NCBI RefSeq assembly: GCF_036588685.1
Contig: NC_086379.1
Span: 77,686,001 to 77,750,000, forward strand
Reading direction: 5' to 3'
Origin: Mytilus trossulus
Lineage: Eukaryota
DNA: 64,000 bases
In this document: one piece after another, positions 60,520 through 64,000 of the stretch
Numbering within the stretch: the first letter of the stretch is position 1
How the letters are laid out: every line of letters begins with the position of its first letter
Made by a program: the position numbers and the translations under genes
Notes under the pieces: generated by a model
Database searches by the model: none
Told to the model about the DNA's origin: nothing
The model's input: the letters and a program-made list of their open reading frames with translations, nothing else

Positions 60520-62677
60520 ATGACACAAAATGAAGATAACGACAATAGCCATGAAAGCAATATTGGATATTATACCAAAGAGCAACAAGTACTGGTGGAC
60601 AGGTAAAGTGAATTGTTTAATTTAATGCAGCGAGATGTAGGTTTCACAGAAATTGGTCCGTGTATATTTGCGTTCAATCGGTTTTCGTTTTGAAATGTGT
60701 TAATGTGAAAGTGTTTTCGTTTTTCATTTTTGATTTTTCGAAAACCAAAACGGAAAACGGAAGTGTTGATAGCCACGAAAACAATGCAACAACAAGTACT
60801 CGTGGACAGGTAAAGTGAATTGTTTTTGATGATATTATTTGTAGGTTTCACTGACAGAGATTGGTCCGTGTATATTTAGCTAAACTAGAAGTGAAAAACA
60901 AAAACAAATACTTAAACATAGTAAAACACTTTCTTTTTTCCTTAATTTGATATCTGAATTCAAGTGATATTGGTAACCTCACTAAAGATATACATAGGCA
61001 TAGTATTTACACGTCTTCAACATATGAATGAAACCAACATCATGTGTGATCGACGTTTCTCTGCCATCTCCGACTTTGATAAGTTTTGAATGGAAATAAA
61101 CTCATAATAGATACCAGGTTTAAATTTTGTAATTACGCCAGACGCGCGTTTTCGTCTACAAAAGACTCATCAGTGACGCTCGAATCCAAAAAAAAATAAA
61201 AAAGACCGAATCGAAAAAAGTTGTATTAAAAGGTCAAATCAAGAGCATTGAGGACCAGAATTCCTCAAAGTATGCCAAATACATCTAAGCCAGTAATCTA
61301 TTCCTGAGGTAGAAAAGCCTTAGTAATATCAAAAATTCAAAAGTTTTGTAAACAATTAATTTAGAAATAAGACCATATCAATGATAATGTATGTCAGCGC
61401 ATAACTACTGGACTGGTGATACACTCGGGGAATTAAAACTACACCAGCAGTGGCACCAAACCAGACTCAGTGGTTGTAAATGAACTCATCATAGATACCA
61501 GGATTAAATTTTGTAATTACGCCATATGCGCTTTTCATCTACAAAAGACTCACCAGTGACGCTTAATTCCAAAAAAGTTAAAAAGGCCGAATCCAAAAAA
61601 GTTAAAAGAACAGACAGAAGTTTTTTTATACCATGAAAATAAGTTTTGTTAGTAATTTGCTCTGTTATCATCTACCACAAGAGATACTCTCAATTAATCA
61701 GTATGTTATCTCAAAAATTATCAGTTTTTCTTTCAATTTGAGTGTGAATAAATGTTGAATCTCAATTTGACATAATACATAAAATTGGAAATAGTTTTTT
61801 TGAATCGTTTTAATAGGACATTAGCCTATCAAGAATGTATGTATTACGACATCCTTGAAGTTCCGAGACGGTCACCTATAGAAGTTATATCAAAGTCGTA
61901 CAGGAGGCTGTCTTTACAACTACATCCTGATAAAAACAAAGCACCAAGAGCAGAGGAAGCATGCAAAGGTACCAGATGTCTAAGTCAGATGATCTATTTA
62001 ATGTATATGTACCAGCTTTTCTATAAAAGCATGCAAAACAAAACTTTGTCCGACTTGCTTGCTATGTTTGCTTGGATGTTGGCAATAGGTAGGCGTAATT
62101 TCAGTCTGTTTGATATATGCTGGGATTTGATTGGAAAATAAAAATTGACATACAATGTGAAACCTACCTTGAAATGAAGTTTATATTTATTGTCCAATCA
62201 AAGTCCAGTATATAGTAAACAGACTACTTACCTGCTGTTTCCAAACATTCAAACAAACATAGCAAACAATGCGACTCTGCTGCTTAATGTTATGTTGAAT
62301 ATATTTTCCAGTATTTAAAACTACCATGTACTAATTTGAGGCGAAAAAAACAGAAAAATGCTGTCTCTTCTATTAAGTACGTTGAAATTGTGTGTCATGG
62401 ATTGATAAACGTCTCCTTTATTTGCCATCCGAAATATATTTTATAAGATGCATTCGTTAAGGAAAGTAATATCAGAATCTGAAGCAGAGCATTCTTCTAT
62501 TCGAATATAGTATAAGCATTTTATACATCATAAGCATGTAATGATTATTTATTTAAGTGATAAACAACGCTTATGACAAACTGAGTGACACAGAGGGTAA
62601 ACATCTATATGACACAGTAGAGCTACCCAAAATTGAAGAACTCTTGAGACAAAGGAACAGGTCTCATAGTTATCCAG
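60520..62677 (+). CDS. Short DNAJB12/14-like J-domain protein; 3' end uncertain, possibly a pseudogene
   Basis: Exons 60520-60602, 61817-61968 and 62558-62677 in phase (2/1): MTQNED...GYYTKEQQVLVDR|TLAYQECMYYDILEV...RRLSLQLHPDKNKAPRAEEACK|VINNAYDKLSDTEGKHLYD; HPD motif intact. Confidence 0.75.
61098..61610 (-). mobile_element. Retrozyme, about 1.3 monomers (384-bp period), two hammerhead motifs, antisense in the DnaJ intron
   Basis: Reverse complement of the 46.5-kb element; cores at 61134-61173 (CUGAUGA...GAAAA, one extra A) and 61518-61556 (CUGGUGA, mutated). Confidence 0.85.
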
Positions 62678-63317
62678 GTAAAATTATCTCGTAATCAAAA
62701 TTGTAAGTAAGGGAGAATGGGGCTAGTGGACAAGTTAAGCGTATGAACACACGTTCCAGCTTTCTTGGACATAGATAATATTTTCCACCTGCGTTCTAAT
62801 AAGTTCAGTGTAGACCTTTCTTCATATTTGTAGACATTTTTTTTCATTTCCTATCACGCGCTTGTTAAAGATCATTTTTACTTTTATCCATTTTTTTTAG
62901 CAATTCCTTAGAAGTTAATCGTAAGCCCGGCTATGTTATCCACAAACACTGCAATAGGGTTTTGTACATTCATATTGCTATATTGGCTCGCTACCGCTCA
63001 GAAAAAGGACAGGCGTTTTTTTTTTTACAGTAACACCTACCTATACGACAGGGATCGGTGTAAACAGGTCAGAGTCCTTCTATTAATAATGCTGGACTCC
63101 GAATGTAGCGATAAGAGATAACAACAGGTACTTGTAAAAAATAAATGATAAATCAACATTTGTTTTGGTACTGGATATTTAACACTTTTGGACTCGAACG
63201 AATCTGGATAGGGCTTTTCAAAAGAAAACAATAATCCGCTACGCGCGTTATTCAGTGTGCACCAAATTTTTTATGTTATTTCTTCATAGACAGAAAAAAT
63301 ATTACAGTCATTCCTTA

Positions 63318-64000
63318 ATGCCCGCGTCACACTGTCCCGATTTTTACGCTGATGACAACACGATTATGAAAATTTTCAAAATCGGGACTTATCGCATCCA
63401 GATCGGGCTATTCGTAGTGCCATCTTTAACACCGTAGAACCATCGTCCACTTTTTCTAGCCTTCGGGGACAACTTCGTAAAGGGTTCTAATTTTTTTAAC
63501 ATGTTAAAAAATCCCCGAAGGTGCGTCCGATGTTGAGGGTTCGTATTGAGTTCGTATCACCATCCTCAGCACCGTAATGTCACCGGGAATGTATCTTTGA
63601 ACATCGTATTGCATTCGTGTTTCCATCTTTTCCATCGGACAGTTTTTACATTACGATGTCTACACGAATGAATGACGAAGCTATCCGAAGGTCTAACGAT
63701 GGCAACACGACTTCGTGAAGACCTCGTTATCCCGTCGTGTTTCCGTCGAATAAAAGTACGAAGGCGACAGATGGAACTACGACGGCAATAAATCAAGCTG
63801 AATGTAAGTTAATTTTCGCGCTAAAACACATTTAAAGTGCCATGCGCGATATGCTCTGGTCAGTCTAATACGACAGTTAAGAAAGACGTTCACAAAACAT
63901 GGAGCTCATATCATATAATTCTATGAGAACAAGAAAGGCTACAGCGTTGTTTCTATTAATTCAAATGGAACAAGAAGAGCAGCTATTAAAGGCTCAGGAT
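63318..64000 (+). mobile_element. Probable left end of a PIF/Harbinger-like DNA transposon
   Basis: Abrupt rise in GC/CpG after tta; terminus tgcccgcgtcacactg resembles Harbinger-type TIRs; an ORF opens at 63899 (MELISYNSMRTRKATALFLLIQMEQEE...) and runs off the window. Confidence 0.45.

Overview
AT-rich eukaryotic DNA with spliceosomal introns; the repeat families and gene content suggest a bivalve mollusc, probably Mytilus (inference). Genes reconstructed by hand from splice sites and frame phases: (1) ABCC/MRP1-like transporter on the minus strand, 27 exons in the window (11499 to 162), last exon off the left edge, with a TMD0 that lacks one ancestral exon; (2) three single-exon paralogues of an unrecognised small basic protein family (21.5, 23.7 and 29.0 kb); (3) a 12-exon minus-strand GH18 chitinase with the unusual layout signal peptide-LDLa-LDLa-GH18-Thr-rich linker-CBM14 (about 628 aa) and a GC-AG intron; (4) a divergent 4-exon PRD-class Q50 homeobox gene (239 aa) whose homeodomain the ORF track misses; (5) a short, divergent DNAJB12/14-like J-domain gene. 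The non-coding DNA carries many copies of a 360-385 bp element with a type I hammerhead ribozyme (non-LTR retrozyme; one copy has an intact core), Penelope-like retroelement remnants, Helentron-like and fold-back elements, LINE and TRIM fragments, and several minisatellites. Three of the minisatellites appear to be amplified pieces of retrozyme or Penelope-like sequence. All family assignments come from motif recognition; no searches were run.
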